From Eledone cirrhosa (lineage: Eukaryota): 64,000 bases of DNA. Position 1 is the stretch's first letter. Each line of letters opens with the position of its first letter. The position numbers were made by a program, and so were the translations under genes. Where the stretch lies: the NCBI GenBank assembly GCA_964016885.1, contig OZ024742.1:128216001-128280000 (forward strand), read 5' to 3'. Positions 42,101 through 53,372 of this stretch are shown one piece after another. Under the pieces are notes generated by a model that saw only the letters and a list, made by a program, of their open reading frames with translations, made no database searches and was not told where the DNA came from.

Positions 42101-44064
42101 TAATGTCTCACATAATGTCTCACATAATGTCTCACATAATATCTCACATAATGTCTCACATAATGTCTCACATAGTGTCTCACATAATGTCTTACATAAT
42201 ATCTCACATAATGTCTCACATAATATCTCACATAATGTCTCACATAATATCTCACATAATGTCTCACATAGTGTCTCACATAATGTCTTACATAATATCT
42301 CACATAATGTCTCACATAATATCTCACATAATGTCTCACATAATGTCTCACATAATGTCTCACATAATGTCTCACATAATGTCTCACATAATGTCTCACA
42401 TAATGTCTCACATAATGTCTCACATAATGTCTCACATAATGTCTCACATAATGTCTCACATAATGTCTCACATAATGTCTCACATAATGTCTCACATAAT
42501 GTCTCACATAATGTCTCACATAATGTCTCACATAATATCTCACATAATGTCTCACATAATGTCTCACATAGTGTCTCACATAATGTCTCACATAATATCT
42601 CACATAATGTCTCACATAATGTCTCACATAATATCTCACATAATATCTCACATAATGTCTCACATAATATCTCACATAATGTCTCACATAATGTCTCACA
42701 TAATGTCTCACATAATGTCTCACATAATGTTTCACATAATGTCTCACATAATGTCTCACATAATATCTCACATAATGTCTCACATAATATCTCACATAAT
42801 GTCTCACATAATATCTCACATAATGTCTCACATAATGTCTCACATAATGTCTCATAATATCTCACATAATGTCTCACATAATGTCTCACATAATGTCTCA
42901 CATAATGTCTCACATAATATCTCACATAATGTCTCACATAATATCTCACATAATGTCCCACATAATAATCTCACATAATGTCTCACATAATATCTCACAT
43001 AATGTCTCACATAATATCTCACATAATGTCTCACATAATATCTCACATAATGTCTCACATAATGTCTCACATAATGTCTCACATAATATCTCACATAATG
43101 TCTCACATAATGTCTCACACAATATCTCACATAATGTCTCACATAATGTCTCACATAATGTCTCACATAATGTCTCACATAATGTCTCACATAATATCTC
43201 ACATAATGTCTCACATAATATCTCACATAATGTCTCACATAATATCTCACATAATGTCTCACATAATATCTCACATAATGTCTCACATAATATCTCACAT
43301 AATGTCTCACATAATATCTCACATAATATCTCACATAATGTCTCACATAATATCTCACATAATATCTCACATAATGTCTCACATAATGTCTCACATAATA
43401 TCTCACATAGTGTCTCACATAATGTCTCACATAGTGTCTCACATAATGTCTCACATAATATCTCACATAATGTCTCACATAATATCTCACATAATGTCTC
43501 ACATAATATCTCACATAATATCTCACATAATATCTCACAATGTCTCACATAATATCTCACATAATGTCTCACATAATGTCTCACATAATGTCTCACATAA
43601 TGTCTCACATAATATCTCACATAATGTCTCACATAATATCTCACATAATGTCTCACATAATGTCTCACATAATATCTCACATAATGTCTCACATAATGTC
43701 TCACATAATATCTCACATAATGTCTCACATAATGTCTCACATAATGTCTCAAATAATGTCTCACATAATATCTCACATAATGTCTCACATAATATCTCAC
43801 ATAATGTCTCACATAATATCTCACATAATGTCTCACATAATATCTCACATAATGTCTCACATAATATCTCACATAATGTCTCACATAATATCTCACATAA
43901 TGTCTCACATAATATCTCACATAATGTCGAATCTATGAGATTTTGATATTATTTATTTTGAGAACAATATCTTAACATTGGTATGTGTGGCCAGTTATGG
44001 CTGGTTTGAACAGAAAGAGGAGAGAGAATTCTGTCCAGATACAGCCAGTTTAAATGCTAAAGAG
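36126..44064. mobile_element. TTAA-type (piggyBac-like) MITE hosting the 12-bp satellite
   Basis: Left end ttga|ccctttaacattta (36126-36139) and right end taaatgctaaagag|ttaa (44051-44064) are inverted repeats matching at 12/14, with TTGA/TTAA flanks. Confidence 0.65.
36170..43928. repeat. 12-bp satellite (cacataatRtct)n, about 645 units
   Basis: Continuous tandem array with G/A dimorphism at one position. A 2806-bp block duplication is marked by a 10-bp monomer near 36377 and 39183. Confidence 0.98.
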
Positions 44065-44386
44065 TTAACCTTTAAATATTTTATGTGAATTACACCTGAA
44101 GATGTTGCCATATGTGTTGCATCATGATTTGATGACATGGATCTGTCAGCCATAGAAATACATATTGTAATGTTGCAGCATTAAAAGAATATTTAGAATC
44201 TGGCCTTCTTTTTTCATTGAAGTATTTAACTCTGTTCCTGCACCAACCGTGAGATACCACATCTATGTTGGATGATATACATAATGTTGAGTGCTTTTAC
44301 TTATTGCATGAGAATCTGATAATCAGAATGACTAGATCTACCCATTAGTTAAACTATCCAACACACACACATATATATATACATAT

Positions 44387-44422
<36 letters not shown>

Positions 44423-44428
<6 letters not shown>

Positions 44429-45268
44429 CCAATTTTCCACGCAATACTTTTAGTTAGAACCCCGAATGCATAATTGGGAATATAATCACTTATTTCCTAA
44501 TGTTTGTTGAGTGAGTTGGAATTTGGTCGGAGTATCGCTAAAAAGCTTTCTCCGATATTGTATTTATTTATTTACTCTTGGCGCAGCAGATTTGAAATTT
44601 TCCCGGTATAAGGTTAGGATTTCTTTGTTTATTTTTTTTTTTATATATGAATATTGATTGTTCCTTATATCTCATTCTGTTATTTTGCCCGAGAAAATAT
44701 CTGTGTGTGTCATCAAATGTTGTACACACAGATATTTTTTCAATTTCCAATTGAGTTCTTAGCACGTGGCCTGAATTCCTTTTAGAGTTCATTGTCATGC
44801 GCATGTATTGTTTTTTTTGGCGGTAATTTACTTCCTCATTTTTGAATCAGTTTGAGCATTTCTTTAGAACTGCTGGACTGGCAACCTGACAGATACCCCA
44901 GGCACAGATGATGATTATCGCTAAATACTGATGTTGGTTAGATTATCAATATTAGTATTATTGGGGCACCCACTGATGAATTATAGGAGCCCACTTGAAT
45001 ATATATCTATTGATGGTATACAAGCTCCTACATAAATTGGTATAATTTCACCCAAATTGTAGGAATCCTATAATGAAACGAGACGTCCGTCTGGGAAGAG
45101 ATATATTCGATATGTCTCATATGAAATAATACAGCCAATTTTCCATGCAATACTTTTAGTTAGAACCCCGAACGCATAATTGGGAATATAATCACTTATT
45201 TCCTAATGTTTGTTGAGTGAGTTGGAATTTGGCCGGAGTATCGCTAAAAAGCTTTCTCCAATATTGTA

Positions 45269-45336
<68 letters not shown>

Positions 45337-45408
45337 TACAATATTGGAGAAAGCTTTTTAGCGATACTCCGGCCAAATTCCAACTCACTCAACAAACATT
45401 AGGAAATA

Positions 45409-45410
<2 letters not shown>
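44423..45410. mobile_element. Penelope-like element remnant with duplicated and inverted pLTR-like blocks
   Basis: A block of about 150 bp occurs at 44423-44570 and 45130-45280 (direct) and partly inverted at 45325-45410. It contains a hammerhead. The minus strand shows a weak GIY-YIG C-terminus-like remnant (AILRPNSNSLNKH). Confidence 0.6.
44969..45095 (+). ncRNA. Type I hammerhead ribozyme motif
   Basis: CCCA-CTGATGA-ATTATAGGA...TCCTATAAT-GAA-ACG(agacgtc)CGT-C-TGGG. All core nucleotides are present, stem II has 9 bp, and the cleavage triplet GUC ends at 45091. Confidence 0.8.
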
Positions 45411-45462
<52 letters not shown>

Positions 45463-45912
45463 TCACACACACATATATATGTATATATATACATGTATAT
45501 ATCTATATCTATCTATCTATCTATCTATATATAAAAGACCAAGATCTCTGGCGTTACACAGTAATACAGAAGACTCAACTTCCCATGGGCACAGGCTGAA
45601 GCTGAAACATATATACATTATGCACCACCCCACCCTACCCTCCCATATATCTCCCATGAGGACAGGTCGAAGTATACATTTAGTGAGCCCCCAGTCCACA
45701 CTGTAAAGTGGTCATGTAGGTGTCCCGACAAAAAGCACCAGTACTCACTGTAAATGAGGTTGGCATAAGGAAGGGAAAAAAAGTCAAAATCAGTTCTCTA
45801 TATGCAAGACATGGTCACCTGACCTAGGCAGTGCTCACGAAAGGACAATTCATCTAACCCATGCTAGCGTGGAAAAATGGTGATGATGATGATGATGATA
45901 ATGATATATATA

Positions 45913-46799
45913 CAGGGTGTGGACGATATTTGTTCGCAATTTTCAACTGCTAATTTTATGCAAATTATTTTTACTTCCGTTGTCACTCTTGTCTTCATAA
46001 AAACAGTGACTATATTTCCATTATTTATTTTCAGAATAATTGATTATGAATAATTTTGAACCTCCAAATTTGTGGAAGAGACACAGAGTTCTTCTTGGAA
46101 TCCGCGCCGGGAGGACAAATAAGACCAGAAGATCAACTCCCAGAACAACAGGTGGCTTGCTGTCTCATCCAAAGACGTGCCCAGAGTCATGCAGACAAAG
46201 TTTCCAGAGACAACATTTGTCTTAGGTGTCATCAGCAGTCAAGTGACGCCATGCCACCTCACTTCTTCCCTGAGGGCATCAAGCTGAACACCGATGGCTA
46301 CATCCGCGTTCTGAGCGAGGTAGTAAAGCCCTGAATCGACCAGGTAGCTGCAGGTAGGCCATACGTGTGGAAGCAAGACTCAGTGCCCTGCCATACCAGC
46401 CGAAAGACCAGCCTGGCTGTCAGAGAACTTCGTCGACCACACTTCACCTGACATCTGGCCTTCCAGCTCGCCTGACTGCAACCCCCTCGACTCTTTTTGT
46501 GTGGGGCACAGTGGAACGAGACACCAACAGATCTAGCTGCAATATGAAAGACGATCTGAAGGCCAGGATCGCAAGTGCCTTTAGTGGCCTAAGTCGGGGG
46601 ACAGTGACGAAGGCATGTAGCCGGTTCCGAGGCCGCCTTGAGGCCGTCATCAAAGCCAATGGCGGGTTTATCGAGTGAGATCGAAAGAACAAGTCATGAA
46701 GACAAACTGACCCAAGTTTGATAAATATATCTTAAAAAATAAAACTACTGTGTTATTTTTTTCTAGACAGTAATCTTGCGAACAAATATCGTCCGCACC

Positions 46800-46802
<3 letters not shown>
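45913..46802 (+). mobile_element. Internally deleted Tc1/mariner element, DD37D (maT-like) transposase pseudogene
   Basis: TA|cagggtgtggacgatatttgttcgcaa ... ttgcgaacaaatatcgtccgcaccctg|TA gives 27-bp TIRs. Frameshifted MPPHFFPEGIKLNTDGY..QDSVPCHTS..WPSSSPDCNPLD..RLEAVIKANGGFIE. Spacing is about 37 aa between the last two D after repairing one frameshift. Confidence 0.9.
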
Positions 46803-46858
<56 letters not shown>

Positions 46859-46861
<3 letters not shown>

Positions 46862-47185
46862 TCATCATTTTATGTCCGCTTTTCCCTGCTTGCAAGGGTG
46901 CGATGGGTCCTATTCAGCACACCATCTCTCCACTTGTAACGGTCCTTCGTCATCTCCTTCATAAGCTTAAGCGATCTGAAGTCTGCTCTCACCACCTCCG
47001 CCCATGTTTTTCGTGGTCTTTCTCTACTGTGTCTTCCTTCTACTGGGATTTCTTGGCACTTCTTTACCCAGTGGTCATCCTCCATGCACATCACATGTCC
47101 ATACCATCACAGTCTTCTCTCCCGCACACTACAACTTATCCCTCTTATACACAGTTTCTTTCTCAACTCATCTATGCTTGGTCGT
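46859..47185 (-). mobile_element. RTE 3' fragment
   Basis: MMCMEDDHWVKKCQEIPVEGRHSRERPRKTWAEVVR..., same family as the 48168 copy, with GAT tail. Confidence 0.85.
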
Positions 47186-47287
47186 ATATATATATATTTA
47201 AGCAAAGAGTTATTTAATTTGTTGGTTATTCAACAAATTTATTTATAACAGATTCGAAGCACTCTACAGATTTCTTCTAGAGTATAA

Positions 47288-47628
47288 TATCAATAATATT
47301 AATAAATGGAAACTATCTTTATAAAACAATATTTATTCTAATATATATATTTCAAGGGTACCAACATTTTCTGGTACGCTCTAATCAGATAAAATACAAA
47401 AGTTGTTTTACAGATAGTGATATATTCAAGAATAAGAACTTATCGTTTTAAGTTCTGTTTGAATAGAACTTGAAACGATAAGGTCTTATTCTTGAATATA
47501 TCACTATCTGTAAAACAACTTTTGTATTTTATTTGATTAGAGCGTACCAGAAAATTTTGGTACCCTTGAAATATATATATTAGAATAAATATTGTTTTAT
47601 AAAGATAGTTTCCATTTATTAATATTAT

Positions 47629-47633
<5 letters not shown>
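47288..47633. repeat. Near-perfect fold-back element
   Basis: Inverted arms of about 170 bp around a tiny loop near 47460. Confidence 0.9.
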
Positions 47634-47682
<49 letters not shown>

Positions 47683-48016
47683 AATATGGGGAGAAGAATA
47701 CTGCATGGTTGCACATGGATTACATGTTATAAAATGAGTCCCTCATCAGTGATTTGCCAACGATCATTGGTATTTCATCATATAACCAAATGTTAAAATC
47801 TGGCCTTCTTTTTTATGTGTTTATTTATTTCTTCTATATTCTCTCATACTCACCCCCTCTTGATACTTATATCTCGCTCTGCATCCCTCTCTTCATCATA
47901 TTTAGTTTGTCATGTTATTTCTTGTGGTATATAAATATTGAGTTTTGTTGTAATAAATCACTGCCAAGACTGAAATTGAGCCATCAAGACAGTTGAGGTA
48001 TGTCATACATCAATTC

Positions 48017-48087
48017 ATGTATTTTATCTGATGAGGACTAACTGAAAAAACTGCACAGTAACCTCCGAAATATATATAATAAAACAT
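48017..48087 (+). ncRNA. Minimal (Penelope-type) hammerhead motif
   Basis: TTTTAT-CTGATGA-GGA...TCC-GAA-A-TATATA-T-A-ATAAAA, with a palindromic stem III loop. Confidence 0.6.
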
Positions 48088-48128
48088 ATATTTTGCTATT
48101 GTGAACGTCTTCATTTATTAATATTTTG

Positions 48129-48167
<39 letters not shown>

Positions 48168-48170
<3 letters not shown>

Positions 48171-49022
48171 TCATCATCATCATTTTACGTCCACTTTTCC
48201 CTGCTTGCAAGGGTGGGACGGGTCTTATTCAGCACAGCATCTCTCCACTCGTCACGGTCCCTCGTCATCTCCACCGTGAGCTTCAATGATCTGAGGTCTG
48301 TTCTCACTAACTCCGCCCATGTTTTTCGTGGTCTACCTCTACCACGTCTTCCTTCAACTGGCAATTCCTGGCACTTCTTCACCCGTCGGTCATCCTCCAT
48401 GCGCATCACATGTCCATACCACCTCAGTCTCCTCTCCCGTACACTACATTCTATCCCTCTCAGACACAGTTTCTCTCTCAACATATTTATGCTGGGTCGT
48501 TCACGCACATTTACACTGCACATCCAACGGAGCATGCTTGCCTCATTTCTCTCCAGCCGTCGCATATCCTCTGCAGTTGCTGCCCATGTCTCACTACCAT
48601 GCAGCATCGCGCTCCTCACACAGGCATCATACAACCGGCCTTTCGTACGCAGGGAGAAACCTTTCTTCGTCAACAGAGGAAGCAGCTCCCTAAACTTCTT
48701 CCAACCCGTCCTTATTCTAGATACTATGGCCTCGGAACACCCTCCTCCCATGCTAATCTGATCTCCTAGGTACCGGAAGCTATCCACCACTTCTATAGCG
48801 CCCTCTTGCATTTGAAAAATGTGTCTATCAGTGCGACTTCTACTGTCTAATTTCCCTGTACATCGACTCCATACATACTTCTCCCTACCTGTTAGTTTGC
48901 CTGCTATCCCGCTACATCTCTTGTGTACCCAGGATCTGCATTGTGTGCATTTTATAGAATTTATGCCAGTTCCTTTTCTGCATATCGAACATGGCCATTT
49001 CCCTGACTGAATCAGAGTTTTG
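48168..49022 (-). mobile_element. Young 5'-truncated RTE-clade LINE (PHD-like finger, post-RT region, 3' tail)
   Basis: Open frame of about 278 codons: GKWPCSICRKG..CTQCRSWVHKRC..EVVDSFRYLGD..LYDACVRSAMLHGSETW..RLRWYGHVMR..GRGRPRKTW, followed by a (GAT)n tail. Confidence 0.92.
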
Positions 49023-50346
49023 TTTTATGTGTACGCGGCTTGTGTGTGTGTCTGTATGTGATACAAGCCGCCCATCCGTCGTCCGTCTTCCAAGTTATGT
49101 TTTACGTGTACGCGGCTTGTGTGTGAGTCTGTATGTGATACAAGCTACCCATCCGTCGTCCGTCTTCCAAGTTATGTTTTACGTGTACGCGGTTTGTGTG
49201 TGTGTCTGTATGTGATACAAGCCGCCCATCCGTCGTCCGTCTTCCAAGTTATGTTTTACGTGTACGCGGTTTGTGTGTGTGTCTGTATGTGATACAAGCC
49301 GCCCATCCGTCGTCCGTCTTCCAAGTTATGTTTTACGTGTACGCGGTTTGTGTGTGTGTCTGTATGTGATACAAGCCGCCCATCCGTCGTCCGTCTTCCA
49401 AGTTATGTTTTACGTGTACGCGGTTTGTGTGTGTGTCTGTATGTGATACAAGCCGCCCATCCGTCGTCCGTCTTCCAAGTTATGTTTTACGTGTACGCGG
49501 TTTGTGTGTGTGTCTGTATGTGATACAAGCCGCCCATCCGTCGTCCGTCTTCCAAGTTATGTTTTACGTGTACGTGGTTTGTGTGTGTGTCTGTATGTGA
49601 TACAAGCTGCCCATCCGTCGTCCGTCTTCCAAGTTATGTTTTACGTGTACGCGGTTTGTGTGTGTGTCTGTATGTGATACAAGCCGCCCATCCGTCGTCC
49701 GTCTTCCAAGTTATGTTTTACGTGTACGCGGTTTGTGTGTGTGTCTGTATGTGATACAAGCTGCCCATCCGTCGTCCGTCTTCCAAGTTATGTTTTACGT
49801 GTACGTGGTTTGTGTGTGTGTCTGTATGTGATACAAGCTGCCCATCCGTCGTCCGTCTTCCAAGTTATGTTTTACGTGTACGTGGTTTGTGTGTGTGTGT
49901 GTCTGTATGTGATACAAGCTGCCCATCCGTCGTCCGTCTTCCAAGTTATGTTTTACGTGTACGTGGTTTGTGTGTGTGTCTGTATGTGATACAAGCTGCC
50001 CATCCGTCGTCCGTCTTCCAAGTTATGTTTTACGTGTACGCGGTTTGTGTGTGTGTCTGTATGTGATACAAGCCGCCCATCCGTCGTCCGTCTTCCAAGT
50101 TATGTTTTACGTGTACGCGGTTTGTGTGTGTGTCTGTATGTGATACAAGCTGCCCATCCGTCGTCCGTCTTCCAAGTTATGTTTTACGTGTACGCGGTTT
50201 GTGTGTGTGTCTGTATGTGATACAAGCCGCCCATCCGTCGTCCGTCTTCCAAGTCATGTTTTACGTGTACGCGGCTTGTGTGTGTGTCTGTATGTGATAC
50301 AAGCCGCCCATCCGTCGTCCGTCTTCCAAGTTATGTTTTACGTGTA
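49021..50346. repeat. 77-bp CpG-rich VNTR, about 17 copies
   Basis: Unit gttttacgtgtacgcggtttgtgtgtgtgtctgtatgtgatacaagccgcccatccgtcgtccgtcttccaagttat; copies are nearly identical. Confidence 0.95.
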
Positions 50347-50584
50347 GACGGCGGAAAGAAATCCAATCCGCCGGCTAGGCGATTCTGCCGCCGACCCGTA
50401 CTTTTACGAGTAGCTGCCGGGAAAGACAGGCGGCAAGACAGCGTGTATACGCGACGCGAGGCAAAGTAATGCGACGCGACATGACTTACGTAGACCACGG
50501 AGCGTATGCGCATAAACGAACGTGTACCGTGTCGTATTTGTGACAGTATTGTATAAGCTCAATGTACGAGAACAGAGCCATTAT

Positions 50585-50740
50585 ATGTAAAAGAAATCAA
50601 AGAGCGCCTACATACTCATACAATTTTTATTTGCCGACAATGTTTCATCCATACCATGGAGCAGGAACCCTGCCCCATGGTATGGATGAAACATTGTCAG
50701 CAAATAAAAATTATGTATGCGCTCTTTGATTTCTTTTACA
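50585..50740. repeat. Palindromic element
   Basis: tgtaaaagaaatcaaagagcgc...ccatgg / ccatgg...gcgctctttgatttcttttaca; contains GAAAC-ATT-GTC. Confidence 0.8.
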
Positions 50741-50885
50741 CACACACATATATATATAGAGAGAGAGAGAAAGAATTGTCCCTCTCATTTTTTCAATAAT
50801 GCCACTTAAATATATTTTTAGTGCTATTTCCAATCTCATCTTTTCTCTATAACCACTGTTTTGTATAGAACCTTACTTCCTTTTT

Positions 50886-50914
<29 letters not shown>

Positions 50915-50916
<2 letters not shown>

Positions 50917-51320
50917 GTAGGACCTCTGTTGTTTCTGATGATGAGTGTTCAATCAATGGTAGAGCCTGCTCATGATTTTAATATGAAAATCACCAAATAT
51001 TCCTCTGATATGTGTACCCTTAACATAAATCTCAGGGAGATTCAGCTTGACACATTGTGTGACAAGGTTATCCCTTTGAACTACAGGTCTATCTTGTCGT
51101 CGAGTGCAAGTGACTGTGTATTTCACAGACACTCTTAGTGTAGTTCTCAGAGAGATTCTGTGTGACAAGGCCAATCTTTTAAATTACAGGTACAACTTAC
51201 TTTTTCCAGCTGAGTGAACTGGAGCAATATAAGTGTCATGCTCATGGACACAATGTGCCACTGGGAAACCAACTCATAGCCCTACAGTTGTGAGCCAAAT
51301 ACTCAAACCATCAAGCCATG
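50915..51320 (-). mobile_element. Degenerate SINE; related plus-strand copy at about 1130-1430
   Basis: ttgctccagttcactcagctggaaaa..gagttgtacctg core is shared with 1195-1240. Confidence 0.6.
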
Positions 51321-51686
51321 AGGAAAAACAGTGGAGGAAGCAATATGGTATACCTGCCATTTTAATATGGTATATAGTCAATATTTATGTAAATGATGGT
51401 GCCCCAGCATGGCCTTTACCAGTCAGCTGAAGTAGGTAAAAGTATAAAAGTATAGATAGATTTGTAAGGTAGTAGCAGAAAATGTCTGGAACAGCACTCT
51501 AGTAAACAATGTATTTCATAGAAGAATACATTTAGTTTGAGGTACACTGCTGAAAAAAACAACAAAAAACAAAAAAAAAACATTGGAGTTTGACTATGGA
51601 TTTGGTGACTGAGGGTTGACCTGGAGTTTTCAACAACAATAAAAACAACAGTAACAACATTACAAAATTATATATAATGAAGGAAC

Positions 51687-51898
51687 CTTTTTTCCAGAGA
51701 TGTGCTAGGAATGACTTTAACTCCTTGTGTCTGCAAGCCTGTCAATGGCTGGTCTAACATAGATTTCATCATAAGCATGTTGAGGTTTGTACTTTGGATA
51801 CTCCTCGAATTTGCATCTGAACCAACAAAACTGAGAATCATGTTTACAAGTTCCTGAGGTAATCCTAAACTGAAGTTTCGTTTTGATGCTATTAATAC
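51687..51898 (-). CDS. Exon of PKD1/REJ-like gene
   Basis: ttttgcag|GTA...AAAG|gttcct (weak donor), 212 nt, phase 0 to 2. Translates VLIASKRNFSLGLPQELV...GVKVIPSTSLEK. Phase matches the exon at 30878. Confidence 0.8.
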
Positions 51899-52999
51899 CT
51901 GCAAAACATTAAAATTAAATTACTGTGGAGTTAAAAAAAGCATAGATTCATCATGTAATCACCATTGTATTGAATATTGTCATGTTTAGGTTATTTTATT
52001 ACTGGGGCCTTTCATGTGTAAATTTGAATAGGTTAAAGCAAAGGTCCTCAAAGTGCATTGAGAAAGTCCAAGGCAGTGTTGGGGCCTAATGGGGTGGGCA
52101 GTAAAGATGATATAATAGTATATATAATATTTATTTATACATAGTCTATACTATATTATTTATTATATATAATAATTCACGATTTTATTTATTATATATT
52201 ATTTACAATTTGTGTGTAGGCAGGTCTGTCTGGAGATAGGGTTGGGGGTGCTGAGGGTGTTATGTGAGGTGGGTGGTGGCCCCCAAAGTTTGAGAACCTC
52301 TGGGTTAAAGGAACCGGACTCTGACAAGGAATAACTGTTGCAGCCAACACATAATAAACATATCTTCCCATGCATGACTGAAATCTTCACACCTGAAATT
52401 CATGTTTCTGCTTGATAATACAGAAGTGGTGAATATTAAATACTATACTTTTTTTAGTTTAGGTTATCATACACTTGAAACCTGACAATCTCCAATTAAT
52501 AATCATGGAACAAGTGCAATTAAGAAGAAAACACGCATCAACCAGCAATGATGCATCTGTTTGTTATATTTGGTGTCATGACATATCGATCATGCTTGCA
52601 AGTCCTTGAAAAGGTTTATAATGAGTAGCAATAAAAAGAAATTATATTGTTGACTTGGCATTTAATCAATATAACATGAAAGATATCAAATTTCATATTA
52701 AATGGGGTTGTTTAAAAATGAGTGTGAGTAAATATTGGTGATATATCACATTTTCAACCTTAATCAAATATATCTTTGGAAAATTTGAATCAATGTATAA
52801 TTGCTTATACTGTATTTTTGAAGATGTGAGAGCACATCACAAGGAAAAACGTAAAAGGTTATACACTAGAGTTATAACAAAACCTACCAAAATGTAAAGT
52901 TTGTTTTCTGTTTCTAAAATTTATCTCCGAAATTGAAATAAAAATTTTGCAACTAAATATATGGATAAATATAATTATTGTGACAGTGATACGACACAT

Positions 53000-53372
53000 G
53001 ACCTTGACCTCTGGTGTCACGCAGTAATACAGAAGACCCAATTTCCCACGGGTACAAGCCAAAGCTGAAGCATATAGACAATATGCCCCCCCCTCACCCA
53101 CTGCAAAGTGGTCGTGGAGGTGCCATGGCAAAAAAGCACCCAGCCCACACTGTAAAGTGGACGTGTAGCCGCCACGGAAAAAAAGCACCCACCACTCACT
53201 GTAAATGAAGTTGGTGTTAAGAAGGGCACCCAGCTGTAGAAATCAAGCTAGAATCAGTTCCCGTATGAGCAAGACAAGGTCATCCGACCGGACACTGCCC
53301 ACAACAGGACAACCCGTCTAACCCATGCTAGTGTGGAAGAATGGACGTAAAACGGTGATGATGATGATGATA
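53000..53372 (+). mobile_element. Non-autonomous RTE-tailed retroposon; copies at 45535-45903, 5925-6133 and 57300-57750 (-)
   Basis: Shared agtaatacagaagac head, internal aaaagcacccag..actgtaaagtgg repeats, a gaagggcatccagctgtagaa motif and an RTE-like GAT tail. Confidence 0.75.

Noticed and set aside
36149-43946. Giant ORFs of up to 2154 aa (SHNV, SHIM, RHYV, LCET repeats)
   Set aside because: They follow from a stop-free 12-bp monomer. Frames switch at 10-bp units, both strands are open, and the array lies in an intron.
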